NCBI GenBank assembly: GCA_951406725.2
Contig: OX597825.1
Coordinates: 12,772,001 to 12,836,000, forward strand
Origin: Octopus vulgaris
Lineage: Eukaryota
Direction: 5' to 3'
Length of the DNA stretch: 64,000 bases
The notes beneath the pieces were generated by a model that did no database searches, was not told where the DNA came from, and saw only the letters and a list, made by a program, of their open reading frames with translations. The stretch's first letter is position 1, and each line of letters begins with the position of its first letter. Of this stretch, positions 41,416 through 54,633 are shown piece by piece. A program made the translations under genes and the position numbers.

Positions 41416-42228
41416 CCTAATACAAGCCCAAGATTTCACAGTGTGTAACATTTTGACTCTGGGCTGGAAAAGTAATTATTTTACTGACTTGGCTATGGTG
41501 GAAATTGAACGCAAAAGAATAAATAGAAAATAAGAAAATACAAAAGAACAAAAAAAAAACAAGTAAATTTGATACTATAAATCATAATTTAACCTCCGCG
41601 CTTCCGATTCCCCCACCGCACTCACAGACCATGTTAGAGAATTGTTATGAACCAATTAGCAGGTTTATGGCTTTTTGGTACTTCCTTGTATTGGTATGTA
41701 AACAGAAGTAGCTACATTAGATTTGAACATAAACACATTATCTTTAAATTAAGGGAAATGGAACATGATGTCGGAATCATTCGTATTTTCCCAAAGCATT
41801 GCGATTTCCTGCTTTCCTCAATGATCCAAGCAAGCCACTGCACCTACAGACATTCTCTCTTCTTTCGTTCTACGCCACCGAAAAAAAGTTGTACTCAGAA
41901 CACGAATTACTTCACTTGTACTTCCTAACTCGAAAATGCTTATTAATGAAACTACAATCTCTACGTGTAGTCCACGCACCCATTAAAGCTGAGCTCCAGC
42001 ATTTCAACAAACGAAATATTAACCGCAATAATCTTTCACGAACTACCCAACCTTCTGCTAACTAAATAACATTCCGCAAACTCCACAACCTTCCGTGAAC
42101 TCTACAAACTTCCGCAATCACACCGCCTTTCTCTGAACTCCCCATCCTTCCAGAGTAGGGAGAGCGCTAACAGCTCACAAGAAGCACATGTGTTGTTTAG
42201 TAAACAAAACAAATCGGTAACTAATAAT

Positions 42229-42834
42229 TTTCTTCTTTTTCTTCTTCTTCTTCTTCTTCTTCTTCTTCTTCTTCTTCTTCTTCTTCTTCTTCTTCTTCTT
42301 CTTCTTCTTCTTTTTCTTCTTCTTCTTCTTCTTCTTCTTCTTCTTCTTCTTCTTCTTCTTCTTCATCATCATCATCTCCTTCTTCATCATCTTCTTCTTC
42401 ATCATCTTCTTCATCATCATCTTCTTCATCATCATCATCTTCTTCTTCTTCTTCTTCCTTCTCCTCCTCCTCCTTTTCTTCTTCTTCTCCTTCTTCTTCC
42501 TCCTCTTTCTTCTTCTTCTTCCTCATCTTCTCCTTCTTCTTTTTTTATCTTCCTCTTCCTCCTCTTCTTCTTCTTCTTCTTCTACTTCTTTTCTTCTTCT
42601 TCCGCTTCTTCTTCTTCTACTTCTTCTTCCTCCTCTTCTTCGTATTATTATTCCTCTTCTTCTTCTTCTTCTTCTTCTTCTTCTTCTTCTTCCTCCTCTT
42701 CTTCGTATTATTATTTCTCTTCTTTTTTCTTCTTCTTCTTCTTCTTATCATTATTATTATTATTATTATTATTATTCCACTTCTTCTTCTTCTTCTCCTT
42801 CTCCTCCTCCTCCTCCCCCTCCTCCTCCTTCTTC
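42229..42834. repeat. (CTT/CAT/CCT/ATT)n pyrimidine-rich triplet tract
   Basis: Direct reading; source of the poly-K/E/L ORFs. Confidence 0.95.
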
Positions 42835-43473
42835 ACGAACTCAGAAGCAGCAGATAGATATACAAAGCAACAACACTGCTTTACTTTTCCCCATGTGTAT
42901 GCAAAGTCCACCAAGTATAGAAATGTCATCTCTTTGTTTTTAAATAAATTTAATCTCGCGAATTATTCCAAGAAATGTTGATGCTTAACAGATCTGGTTC
43001 CAAATGTTGCGAAAATTAACGAGATTTCTTTTTCTTTCTTTCTTTCTTTTTTTTTTCTTCTTTTTTTTTTTGTATTTGACAGTTTAATAAATGAGATTCT
43101 CGAAGAAGAATTGCAATTTGTGAGTGATTGAAAGAACTAAAAGTCTAAGAGCACGTTTTGAACTGATCAAATGCTATAAGCAAAATGACAATAGTAATGT
43201 ATCTGATATCAGAATATACGTAAAAACGCTGGACTGAATATAATGTATACATATGAAGAGCTTGCTTTCAAAACCAGATATTTGTATCGGAATGACTTTT
43301 GAGTAATTGTTTAAAACAACAACGTGAATATATTGAGTGGAAGACTAAGATTCGCCTATTGTCTGTATGGCATCTATCCCAGTTTTACTGAAGAAGATTT
43401 CACATGCGTGAAGCCAGCAGCTTGAAGATTGTGTTTTAATGGTTATCTTCAAATCGAACAAATATGCTCTTAT

Positions 43474-43894
43474 ACCTATTTCTTTACTACCCACAAGGGG
43501 CTAAAACACAGAGAGGACAAACAAGGACAGACAAACGGATTAAGTCCATTATATCGACCCCAGTGCGAAACTGGTACTTATTTAATCGACTCCGAATAGA
43601 TGAAAGGCAAAGTCGACCTCGGCGGAACTTGAATTCAGAACGTAACAGCAGACGAAATACCTATTTCTTTATTACCCACAAGGGGCTAAACACAGAGGGG
43701 ACAAACAAGGACAGACAGACGGATTAAGTTGATTACATCGACCCCAGTGCGTAACTGGTACTTAATTTATCGACCACGAAAGGATGAAAGGCAAAGTCGA
43801 CCTCGGCGGAATTTGAACTCAGAGCGTAACGGCAGACGAAATACGGCTACGCATTTCGCCCGGCGTGCTAACTTTTCTGCCAGCTCGCCGCCTT
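43474..43894 (-). mobile_element. SINE family A dimer with TSD
   Basis: aatatgc(t/a)cttatacc at 43461-43476 and 43895-43910. Confidence 0.9.
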
Positions 43895-44026
43895 AATATG
43901 CACTTATACCGGTTTTGAAAGTAAGCTCTGAAGAGACATGCTGCATTATATTGGGAGGTAACCCAGTATGAATGTGGGATGTGGAGGAAGTGTAATACAA
44001 TTAAAACAATATATGTATAAATATGT

Positions 44027-44393
44027 GGGGACACATGGCATAGTGGTTAGAGCAGCGGACTCGCGGTCGAGGGATCGCGGGTTCGAATCTCAGACCAGGT
44101 GATTTGTGGCTTTTGGAAACCTGCTGAATATTTGCTTTATTTTTGTCGAACCCTTGGATTCATGAGGCCGATTAACCGGTTTCTATGGCGCATAAATGAC
44201 CGAGATCACACCATTTTCGTCAGGGCAAACTTCTGCTGACACTTTCGCCATAACTTTCTCTCACTTTTTCCTCCTGCATCTTGCAGTTGACCTGCGACGG
44301 ACCAGCGTCCCGTCCCGGTGGGGGACCTATACGCCAAGGAAACCGGGAAACCGGCTCTATGAGCCAGGCATGGCTCGAGAAGGAACAAACAAT
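44027..44393 (+). mobile_element. SINE family C (tRNA-like head) with an inverted insert at 44110-44218
   Basis: A-box tggcatagtgg, B-box ggttcgaatct. 3' part gcgacggaccagcgtcccgtcc...tacgccaaggaaaccggg. Confidence 0.7.
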
Positions 44394-44780
44394 GTAAAGA
44401 TATGTAGAAACAGTCGTTAAAGGAGAAAAGCAAACACAGGAGATGGTTAAAGTTACAAATGATGATGATGATGATGGTGGTGATGGTAATGACTTCAACG
44501 AAAACAAAGAAGACCTCCCAGCTGTGTTGTTCATTGTTTATATATATCGGTCATATATTTACTTGGAATATTTCGCTGAAGGCGGCAGAGTAGCGTATAT
44601 ATCTAAGTACTGATATTTATTTCCCTATAGAATTCTTTGCAATGTGTAAATTGTCTCGAACCACTGACTTTCAATCCCTAAAGGATAAACTGGTTTATGT
44701 GAGCACAAACGAACACACACAGGTACATATACAAACACATATACACACGCACAGATACACACGCAGAGGCACGCACGCAT

Positions 44781-44866
<86 letters not shown>

Positions 44867-44867
44867 A

Positions 44868-45075
44868 CGCGGGTGTGCAGAAAAGTTCTCGGCTTGGGTA
44901 AAAGAAAATACAGAAGGATCTGTTAATTATGATTTTATTTAAAATATTCCCCTCTCAGATTTACACATTAATTTCAGCAACGCTTCAGGTTTTCAAACCC
45001 CTGTAAAACAAATCAGAAATTTGGACCTTCAGCCAGGCCTTTCGCAAGATCCTTAAAACTTTACCACCACCTCTT
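44868..45075. mobile_element. Probable mariner-derived MITE; related fragment at 28790-28862
   Basis: Mariner-TIR-like start cgcgggtgtgcagaaaagttctcggct. The right part aligns loosely, inverted, to 28790-28862. Confidence 0.4.
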
Positions 45076-45451
45076 ATACAGCAAAATCGATAGAATGAGT
45101 ACGCTAAAATTGGAACATCTATTTGAGTGTTAGAGTGTATACATGTATGTGTATGTGCGTGTGTGTGTGTGTATGTGTGAGTGTGAATGTGTGTATGTGT
45201 CTGTGTGCAAGAGTTTGTGTACATGTATTTGCATATATACATATATATTTAGAGAGAGTGAGAGAGAGAGGAGGAGGAGGAGAGAAAGGTGTGCGTGTGT
45301 GTATGAATATATTTATATTATATATGCCTGAAAGCATATAATATATAGCTATAAATATATGTATATATTTAGATAGGTATATATACATAAACACACACAC
45401 ACACATATATATATACAGTCTCACACACTCACACACACATATATATATATT

Positions 45452-45491
<40 letters not shown>

Positions 45492-45964
45492 CATACATAC
45501 ATACATACACACACATACACATTCATACATGTATATTCATGTGCGCGTGCGAGAAATTTCCCAGGTTCTTCTTAAAAGGATATCTTTATATTTTATATAT
45601 TAATTTAAAATTCTACTCATGGAGAAAGCAGGAAAAACAATAAATCATAATTCCTGTGCGAACGGATAAGTTCATTAATGAACATCTAAATGAGTGAAGC
45701 AAGAATCAGAAACTGTTTTCTTTTTCTTACACATAAGTTCAAACCTTAAGGCAAAACAAATAAGGTCAAACATAAGGGAAAAAAAAACAAAAAAAACATT
45801 ACGAAACATATAAGAACAAAAATTGATGAAATTGATGAAATCTAATATTTCAGATTTTGAATTATGACTTTTGAAGCTTTTTCTCTTTAGATTTATCAAA
45901 ATTGACATCGATGCATAAACGCATGTACATACATATATACATTATATATGTATGTGTTTACGCC

Positions 45965-46018
<54 letters not shown>

Positions 46019-46133
46019 TTATATATATATGTATATACATACACATATTTATATATATACATACATACATATTTGTGTGTATATATATTTATGAATATAC
46101 ATGTTTGTATATATATATGTATATATATTTGTA

Positions 46134-46163
<30 letters not shown>

Positions 46164-46166
<3 letters not shown>

Positions 46167-47508
46167 GTTAATAAAATATATGCATATATATAAACATATA
46201 TGTACGTACCTACCTCTACATGTACATATACACGCATATATGTGTACAGGACACCAAAAAGACGTCGAACACATAGAGAGACGAAAAACATAGACACAAA
46301 CCAAGGAACAAGACAAGCAAAAAGAGAGATACAGGACAATAAGCACAACGAAAAATCCCCTTCTTCAGTCGCTAAGGTTTCATCTACTAAACGTTTCGAA
46401 GGATAAAAGCGAGACGTATACTTCGAAGAAAAATTCCTTCCTACGAAAAGCAAATCAATTAAAATTCTGAGATCTTTTCGCAGAGGGGTAAAAAAAGCAA
46501 GACGGTAACGACAGTACAAACATATAAACAGTAAAAAAAAAATATATATATAAACAGTGGAAAAATAAATATATAACAGTGAGAGACAGGACAAGGAGAA
46601 CAAGATAAGAAGGGCTGTTAACGCCAGACGAAAAAAGTATTGCAAACGCTGGATTATAGTGGACGACGAGAGAGGAAGATGTCGACCAGTAGCCTTAGAA
46701 GGCGGGCGAGAAAAGACAGGATAGCAGTTACGACGGAAGTATCGTCGCAGATGGACGACGGGAATGGGGGAGGAGGAGCAAGAGGAAGAGAGAGAAGAAG
46801 GGGAATGGTGCGAGGAGACCATGAAGAACAGTGAGGGGGAGAGAGAGAGGAAGAGACAAGTTAAGTGAGGGAAAAAAGACGAAAAAGGGAATGGGAGAGA
46901 AAGAAAGAAAGATGCAGAGTCGCGTGAGAGTTAATATCAAGGCTAACTTGATAAACAGAACAATCTTACTTAATAGGGTGCGTGCGTTTAGTCGTATAAT
47001 ATGTTAATAAAATATATGCATATATATAAACATATATGTACGTACCTACCTCTACATGTACATATACACGCATATATGTGTACAGGACACCAAAAAGACG
47101 TCGAACACATAGAGAGACGAAAAACATAGACACAAACCAAGGAACAAGACAAGCAAAAAGAGAGATACAGGACAATAAGCACAACGAAAAATCCCCTTCT
47201 TCAGTCGCTAAGGTTTCATCTACTAAACGTTTCGAAGGATAAAAGCGAGACGTATACTTCGAAGAAAAATTCCTTCCTACGAAAAGCAAATCAATTAAAA
47301 TTATGAGATCTTTTCGCAGAGGGGTAAAAAAAGCAAGACGGTGACGACAGTACAAACATATAAACAGTAAAAATATATATATATAAACAGTGGAAAAATA
47401 AATATATAACAGTGAGAGACAGGACAAGGAGAACAAGATAAGAAGGGCTGTTAACGCCAGACGAAAAAAGTATTGCAAACGCTGGATTATAGTGGACGAC
47501 GAGAGAGG

Positions 47509-47509
<1 letters not shown>
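46164..47509 (-). mobile_element. Non-coding ~836-bp element plus partial direct tandem copy, inside a (TA)n array
   Basis: 46164-46676 is nearly identical to 47000-47509. TA arrays at both ends. Confidence 0.7.
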
Positions 47510-47569
<60 letters not shown>

Positions 47570-47572
47570 TGC

Positions 47573-48000
47573 GGAGGTGCAATGGCCCAGTGGTTAGGGC
47601 AGCGGACTCGCGATCGTAGGATCGCTAACCAACCACATGGTTCCGGGTTCAATCCCACTGCGTGGCATCTTGGGCAAGTAGTGTCTTCTGCTCTAGCCCC
47701 GAGGCGACCAATGCCTTGTGAGTGGATTTGGTAGACGGAAACTGAAAGAAGCCCGTCGCATATATGTATATATATATATGCGTGTGTGTTTGTGAGTCTG
47801 TGTTTGTCCCCCTAGCATTGCTTGACAACCGATGCTGGTGTGTTTACGTCCCCGTCACTTAGCGGTTCGGCAAAAAAGAGACCGATAGAATAAGTACTGG
47901 GCTTACAAAAGAATAAGTCACGGGGTCGAGTTGCTCGATTAAAGGCGGTGCTCCAGCATGGCCGCAGTCAAATGACTGAAACAAGTAAAAGAGTAAAGAG
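47573..48000 (+). mobile_element. Chimeric SINE: family C head (47573-47625) on a family B body
   Basis: ggaggtgcaatggcccagtggttagggcagcggactcgcg...gatcgc joins taaccaaccacatggttccggg. Confidence 0.8.
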
Positions 48001-48376
48001 AATATAAGAACAAAAATTGATGAAATTGATGAAATCTAATATTTCAGATTTTGAATTATGACTTTTGAAGCTGAAGCCACAGAAAAATGTTGTTTATTTC
48101 TTGCTTTTTCTCTGTAGATCTATCAAAATCGACATCGATGCATAAACGCATTTACATACATGTATGGAACATCTATTTGAGTGTTAGTGTGTGTACATGT
48201 ATGTGTATGTGCGTGTGTGTGTGTGTGTATGTGTGAGTGTGAATGTGTGAGTGTGTGTGTGTGTATTTGTCTGTGTGCAATTGTTTGTGTACATATATTT
48301 GCGTATATATATATATATATTTAGAGAGAGAGAGAGAGAGAGAGAGAGGACAGAGAAAGGTGTGCGTGTGTGTATG

Positions 48377-48450
48377 AATCCTTAAATCCTTAAATCCTTA
48401 AAAATGTTTTAGCCCGAAGGCCGCGGCCATGCTGGGGCACCACTGCTGAA
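48377..48450 (-). mobile_element. Retroposon 3' end with (ttaagga)n tail
   Basis: ggtgccccagcatggccgc is shared with the SINE B 3' end and is followed by 7-mer tail repeats. Confidence 0.55.
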
Positions 48451-48581
48451 AATTATATATATATATATATATATGTATATACATACACACATATTTATAT
48501 ATATACATACATACATGTTTGTGTGTATATATATGTATGAATATACATGTTTGTATATATATATATATATATATATAGATG

Positions 48582-49352
48582 CACACGAGGCTCGATACGA
48601 ACTGTTGCCATAGTAACGAAGCTAAAGGATACAGAGTAAAGCCACGAAAATTGACCTTGAACCCTGCTGTGCATGCACACTAAGTTTTAACGTTCTGAAT
48701 CACTTATGCTGTTGGAAGGAAGGTGTGTAGTGTATGAATGTCGTATTGACCACGACAGAGAAAGTTGTCCTCGTCACACCTGCTCAGAGTCCTGCACAAA
48801 AGTTGCACATAGTGTTTCGAGAGAAATGTATGAGCTGCACACAAATATACGACTGATTCAGACGTTTCCAGGATGGTCGGGAAAATTTTGATATTAAGGA
48901 ACGTTTTGAGAGATCCGCAACCGGTAGAACTGAGGAAAACTTCGCTGATATACCATCTGTGTGTTATCAGAGGCTGTGTAGATTAGTTACGATTCAGTTC
49001 AGTCGATTATCAATGAAAATTTAGGTATGAGACACGTGCATGCCAAGTCTGTGCCAAAACTGCTTTCAGCTGACCAAATGGACACTTGGGTTCCAGTTGT
49101 ACAAGATCTCCTTGATTGTGTCGAAAACGAATAAAACTTTTTTGAAAACTTTGCGCAGGCCTCTGTGCAGGTATCGCCAAGCTCTTGGCAAAATTTAATG
49201 CAGATTCTCCGTCATGTTCAATGAGTCAATCACACGTTACACACGTTCCTTTCAAGCACTGCTGTAAGGAGCGGAAGTGAGCTGGAACGTTAAACCTTAG
49301 TGCACATGTGCAGCAGTGTTCAAGATCAAACAGCTCCAAGCGGTTTTACTCT
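48582..49352. mobile_element. Rearranged mariner derivative with two 5' ends in inverted orientation
   Basis: Inverted similarity 48633-48727 / ~49240-49352. Plus strand: CMSCTQIYD*FRRFQDGRE and LGMRHVHAKSVPKLLSADQ. Minus strand: ICIKFCQELGDTCTEA. Confidence 0.65.
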
Positions 49353-49388
49353 CTCTCTCTATATATAATTATGTGACCCCAGACACAA

Positions 49389-49436
<48 letters not shown>

Positions 49437-49794
49437 AAATGTTAAATTCGTATCCACAAAAGGTACAGCATAGTAGATAACAAATCAGACTCTATACAAA
49501 GAGAAATTTTGACTTTTCTACCTCGCGACCGTGTAGAATGGCTAGGATAACGAGGTTTAACGTCTAAGAAATAAAAACGTTAATAACAACAGATTATCTC
49601 CCCTGGTCCAGGAGGTAATTACCTTTGCAGTCTCGTAATAGCCTAACCAGCAACCACCGAGAACCAATTTTCTGGTAGGTAGCACTTGAAATGGACACAA
49701 TTTGAGAAACTTTTTTACGATTATTTAACGAGGGATATTTCGTATAGTCCTTAAGAATATCTATACATGCATATATAGATTATGCCGATAAATT

Positions 49795-49896
49795 AATTAC
49801 CGGTTACGCATTGGGGTCGATGTAATCGACTTAATCCCTTTGTCTGTCCTTGTTTGTCCCCTCTATGTTTAGCCCCTTGTGCACAATAAAGAAATA
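49795..49896 (+). mobile_element. SINE family A 3' fragment
   Basis: ggggtcgatgtaatcgacttaatcc...agccccttgtgcacaataaagaaa. Confidence 0.8.
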
Positions 49897-50076
49897 AGAT
49901 CATATATATATATACATGAAGGAGAAATATATAGATAGATAAAATAAATGAAATTGATAGATAGTGGGATAGATAGAAATATATATATATAAATAAATAA
50001 AATATATGTGTGTGTGTGCGTGTGTGTGTATGTATGTGTATAGATAGATAGAGAGACATACAGACAGATAGATAAG

Positions 50077-50222
50077 TTTCTTTATTGGCCACACAGGGCT
50101 GCACACAGATGGGATAAGTTACAAGGTAGAGCTTTTCTTTTGGGGGATGAAGAGAGCAAAAAACAAAAGAAAAAAAAGGGGGTGGCGTAGGTTTTCGATC
50201 AAGAGGGATCGTAAAAGGGAAG
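50077..50222 (-). mobile_element. 3' UTR fragment of a related L1/Tx1-type LINE next to (GATA)n
   Basis: Ends ...ccttgtaac...gcagccctgtgtggccaataaagaaa, resembling the 21893 LINE terminus. Confidence 0.5.
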
Positions 50223-50237
50223 AAAAGAACAAAAAAA

Positions 50238-50326
<89 letters not shown>

Positions 50327-51117
50327 GGTAACAAATAAAGGTAACGTAATAATTCTTCGCAAACCGTAAGAAACGAACTGTGTGTCATAAGAAATATGTT
50401 TGACAAACTGTTGCTAAGAAACGCAAAATAAAAATAATAATAACAATAATAATAATAGTAAATAATGAAAAATAAATAAATCTCCAAGAATTTACTAGAG
50501 CTGAGCAGAGCAGGCAACAGCAATGTTTCAGCTTCCCATTGCCAAGCACCGATCGCATCTTATCACGTCACTTCACCGTCCCTGACAAATGTGTAGCGTT
50601 TCATATCAATCTGCTAACTTTGTATCGCATTTCATATTCAAGTAACATGATTTTGACATAAATTCTTCCGTCTAGACCAATCCATTTTCAGGAGACTTCC
50701 CCCCCAGAACATTCTTTTCGTTTTCGTTGACTGCATTCTTTCGAATCGTCACTTTGCCACACGTATATATATTTCCTAAGTGTATTTTTATTTGATTCTG
50801 TTACACTTTGTGTATGCGAAGTGAGTGAATGTTTTCTTTTTGTTGCTTCTGTATGTGTGCGCCCGCGTGCGTTTAAGTGATTGTGTGGGCGGCGTATTCT
50901 CTGTGTCATCGTATGTAGATACAATCTTCTGAATTTTACGTAAAAGTTTTTATTTTATTATCATACGAAGAAAAAGACAGGTACACATATCACCGAGAAA
51001 GTTTATCTACATTTCACATAATTACATACATGTACACACACTCACACGCACACATACATGTGTATACGCATATATATGTATATAAATGCGTATATATACA
51101 TATATTCATATGTACAA

Positions 51118-51149
<32 letters not shown>

Positions 51150-51150
<1 letters not shown>

Positions 51151-51564
51151 GGCGCAGAAATGGCTGTATAGTAAGTAGCTTGCTTACCAACCACATGGTC
51201 ATGGGTTCAGTCCCAATGCGTGGCACCTTGAACAATTGTCTTCAACTATAGCCTCGGGCCGACCAAAGCCTTATGATTGGTTTCGGTGCGCAGAAACTGA
51301 AAAAAGCCCTTCGTATATATGCATATATATTTATGTGTGTATGTGTGTGTGTGTGTGTGTGTATGTTTGTGCGTCTGTGTTTGTCCCTCTAACATCACTT
51401 GACAACCAATGCTGGTGTGTTTACGTCCCCGTCACTTAGCGGTTCAGCAAAAGAGATAGATAGAATAAGTACTAGGGTTACAAAGAATAAGTCCTGGGAT
51501 CGATTTTCTCGACTAAAGCCTGTGATTCAGCATGGCCGCAGTCAAATGACTGAAACTAGCAAAA

Positions 51565-51567
<3 letters not shown>
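51150..51567 (+). mobile_element. SINE family B, full length, diverged
   Basis: Head, B-box, CORE-like segment and tail present. Confidence 0.85.
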
Positions 51568-51600
<33 letters not shown>

Positions 51601-51648
51601 AAACAAGTCAAAATAGAAAATGCTAAAATAATTTTATAAAGAACATTT

Positions 51649-51686
51649 CAGTACCGGTTTCGGGCATTTTGAGACCTTTTCAACTG
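51649..51686 (-). ncRNA. Minimal hammerhead-like motif (UUGAAAA core variant) in a TA-abutting island
   Basis: cag-UUGAAAA-gguc..gccc-GAAAC-cg-GUA-cug, with palindromic stem III ACCGGU. T-rich tail runs to (TA)n at ~51596. Confidence 0.5.
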
Positions 51687-52422
51687 TAACGATTAGATAA
51701 TTAAATTTAGAAAAATTAAAAGAAAAGTTTTTTTAAAGGAATATTTGTATAGTGTTCAAATATAAGTGGCATTCTGCCTTTCTCTGTCTCCCTTGTTTGC
51801 ACTTGTGTGTTCGAGGCCGTTGTGAATTCTTGGTAGGGTAGAAGAAGAAGGTTGATGAGGAGCGGGGGTGGACACACATACATGTGTGTGTGTATCTAGA
51901 TAGGCAGAGAGATAGACAGACAGACAGACAGACAAGCAGACAAACAGACAAACAGATAGAGAGATAGTTAGAAAGCTTGACGGGATAATTATGATCATCG
52001 CTTTCGCCTAATTACGACATCATACAAGATACTAGCTAGCGTAGTTCAAAAGAAAACCGTCAGACGTAGATCGATATAAACGGGAGAACTACGAAGCAAC
52101 TGCAGTAGGCTGACTATAAGTAATAATTTAAACGAGGAAAGAATTTAAAGTTGGCATTGGAACTGTTTCCGTAAAATGGATCATCTTTAAAAAAAATTTT
52201 TTTAATTTAGTTTAAATATATCATCCGTATACGAAATTGATAGTAACGACAATTTGATTTCTTTCTTCATTCCCACACAAACACATATGTGTGTATATAT
52301 ACAGTATATATATATTTACATGCATATATGTATATATATATGTGTGTATATGTATATGTATATATATATATATATGTGTATATATATATGTATATATATA
52401 TATATATATATATACATATATG

Positions 52423-52468
<46 letters not shown>

Positions 52469-52470
52469 TG

Positions 52471-52517
<47 letters not shown>

Positions 52518-52525
52518 GTATACAT

Positions 52526-52579
<54 letters not shown>

Positions 52580-52749
52580 CACATATATATATAACACATA
52601 TATATGTATATATATTATACCCTGTGCTCAGAGCCTAAAGGTCCCTTAGAGATACAAGTTGTAATATATAATCCCGCCAGATCACTTTTCTTCAGAGCGA
52701 GGGTCTATATGTAGCTCTTATCTTTATACGGTTTACATGAAATGATATA

Positions 52750-52782
<33 letters not shown>

Positions 52783-53445
52783 ATGTGGATGCCTTTATAT
52801 ATCGCCAGAGGACTTTGTAAGCAACATATCCTTACTAACTTGAAAGTTTAAGCGCGTAATTTGAAGTGAATCTACTAGTTATTTGTTATATAACTAATAA
52901 TTGCGTTGGAGATATCTGTTATTGGTCCTGTGGACGAATCGTGAAAGGATGATTGGCTGACAGACGTTCCACTCAAAGAAAGCCAATCCCTATCTTTGCT
53001 TTTGCAGGAACACAATTGTCCAATAGAGCCTTCATTTAAGATAATAATATTGATTTGTGAGAGACTTTGTTCCTATTTCCATCGGTTCTAGCAGACATAT
53101 ATAAATTCACGCATGGCGTGCTCCATATTTGTTAACAAACATACAGAGGAATACTACACTGTCTCTCTGTCTCTCTCTCACTTTCCTTTCTTTATCTTTG
53201 TCACTTCCTCTCTCTCTCTCTCTCTCTCTCTCAGTCTCTCGCTCTCCGTTATAATTTCCCTTTCACTCAACTTCAGAGATGATTAGTATAAGGAATGAGG
53301 CTGAGGTATTTCAGTGAGTGTGTAATGGTTGGAGAATGTATGGGTACACAGCCAGGTATCGTCACATTAGCATCATTATGTATTCATTTCATACATGCAT
53401 AGATACATCCATCCATCCATCCATCCATCCATCCATACTAATATA

Positions 53446-53495
<50 letters not shown>

Positions 53496-54352
53496 GAGAG
53501 AGAGAGAGGGAGAGAGAAAGATACTCAGGTGTAAAGACACCACGTACATTCATGTGTGCATGTGTGATATAAGAGCATGCAGTATATGTATGTTTGTGTA
53601 GATATTATGCATGTGTGTGTGTTTTGAGAATACGTGTGTACAAATATCCATTTCTGTACATTTGAATCAATCTCTCTTTCTCTTTTTCTTTGTCTTGTTT
53701 TCTGTTTGTCTGTCTGTGCGTCTGTATCTCTTTCTCTCTCTCTCTCTGTCTGTCTGTTTGTCTCTCTCCATCTATGAATTATTTAATGTGTGTCTGTAGA
53801 TGTGATGAATGTGGGTGTGTTCGGATACAGTTCGTATACAGAGAGACGAGCAGCCAAACTGAGGAAGAGAGAGAGAGACAACCAAAGAGCGAGGGAGAGA
53901 GGGAGAGAGAGAGAGTGCGAAACAGTGAGACATGCGTCAATAAGTAGACACGACAGCAAGGCAAGCATCTATGTAGGTGGATATGACGGTGAGTGAGTTG
54001 AAAGGTAAGTAGACAGGTTATTAGGCAGGCAGGTAAGAAGCTGGATGCGAAGTTAGGCAGGTGGTTAGAACATGTGACAAGTATGTGTTCAGAAATGTAT
54101 GAACTATTTAATCAGGATTAAAAGTACATTTCGAAGGATGACGACACCGATGCAAGATAAACAAAAGATATTGTTTTGGTCTGAGATTCTAACGAATCTT
54201 CCCCCATTTTCTCTTAACAGCCAGTCTATAATGGAACGGAAGAAATGGCTAAAGGCACGCAGCTGTATGTATGTATGTATGTATGTATGTATGTATGTAT
54301 GTATGTATGTATGTATGTATGTATGCATGTATGTATGTATGTGTAAGTATAC

Positions 54353-54459
<107 letters not shown>

Positions 54460-54633
54460 ATTAGAAATATTATTATTTCTAAGTCTCTCTAAAGGAGACT
54501 ACGGCAGCAGTACTGGATATTAATAGTTATCGCCAAGCTTAATATGGCAGTCCATAAATATAGGACGAAAGCTGCCGCTGATTAGCTCCAAGAGACCATC
54601 GCTTCTAGCTAGCTATGTGACATACGAATCTGT

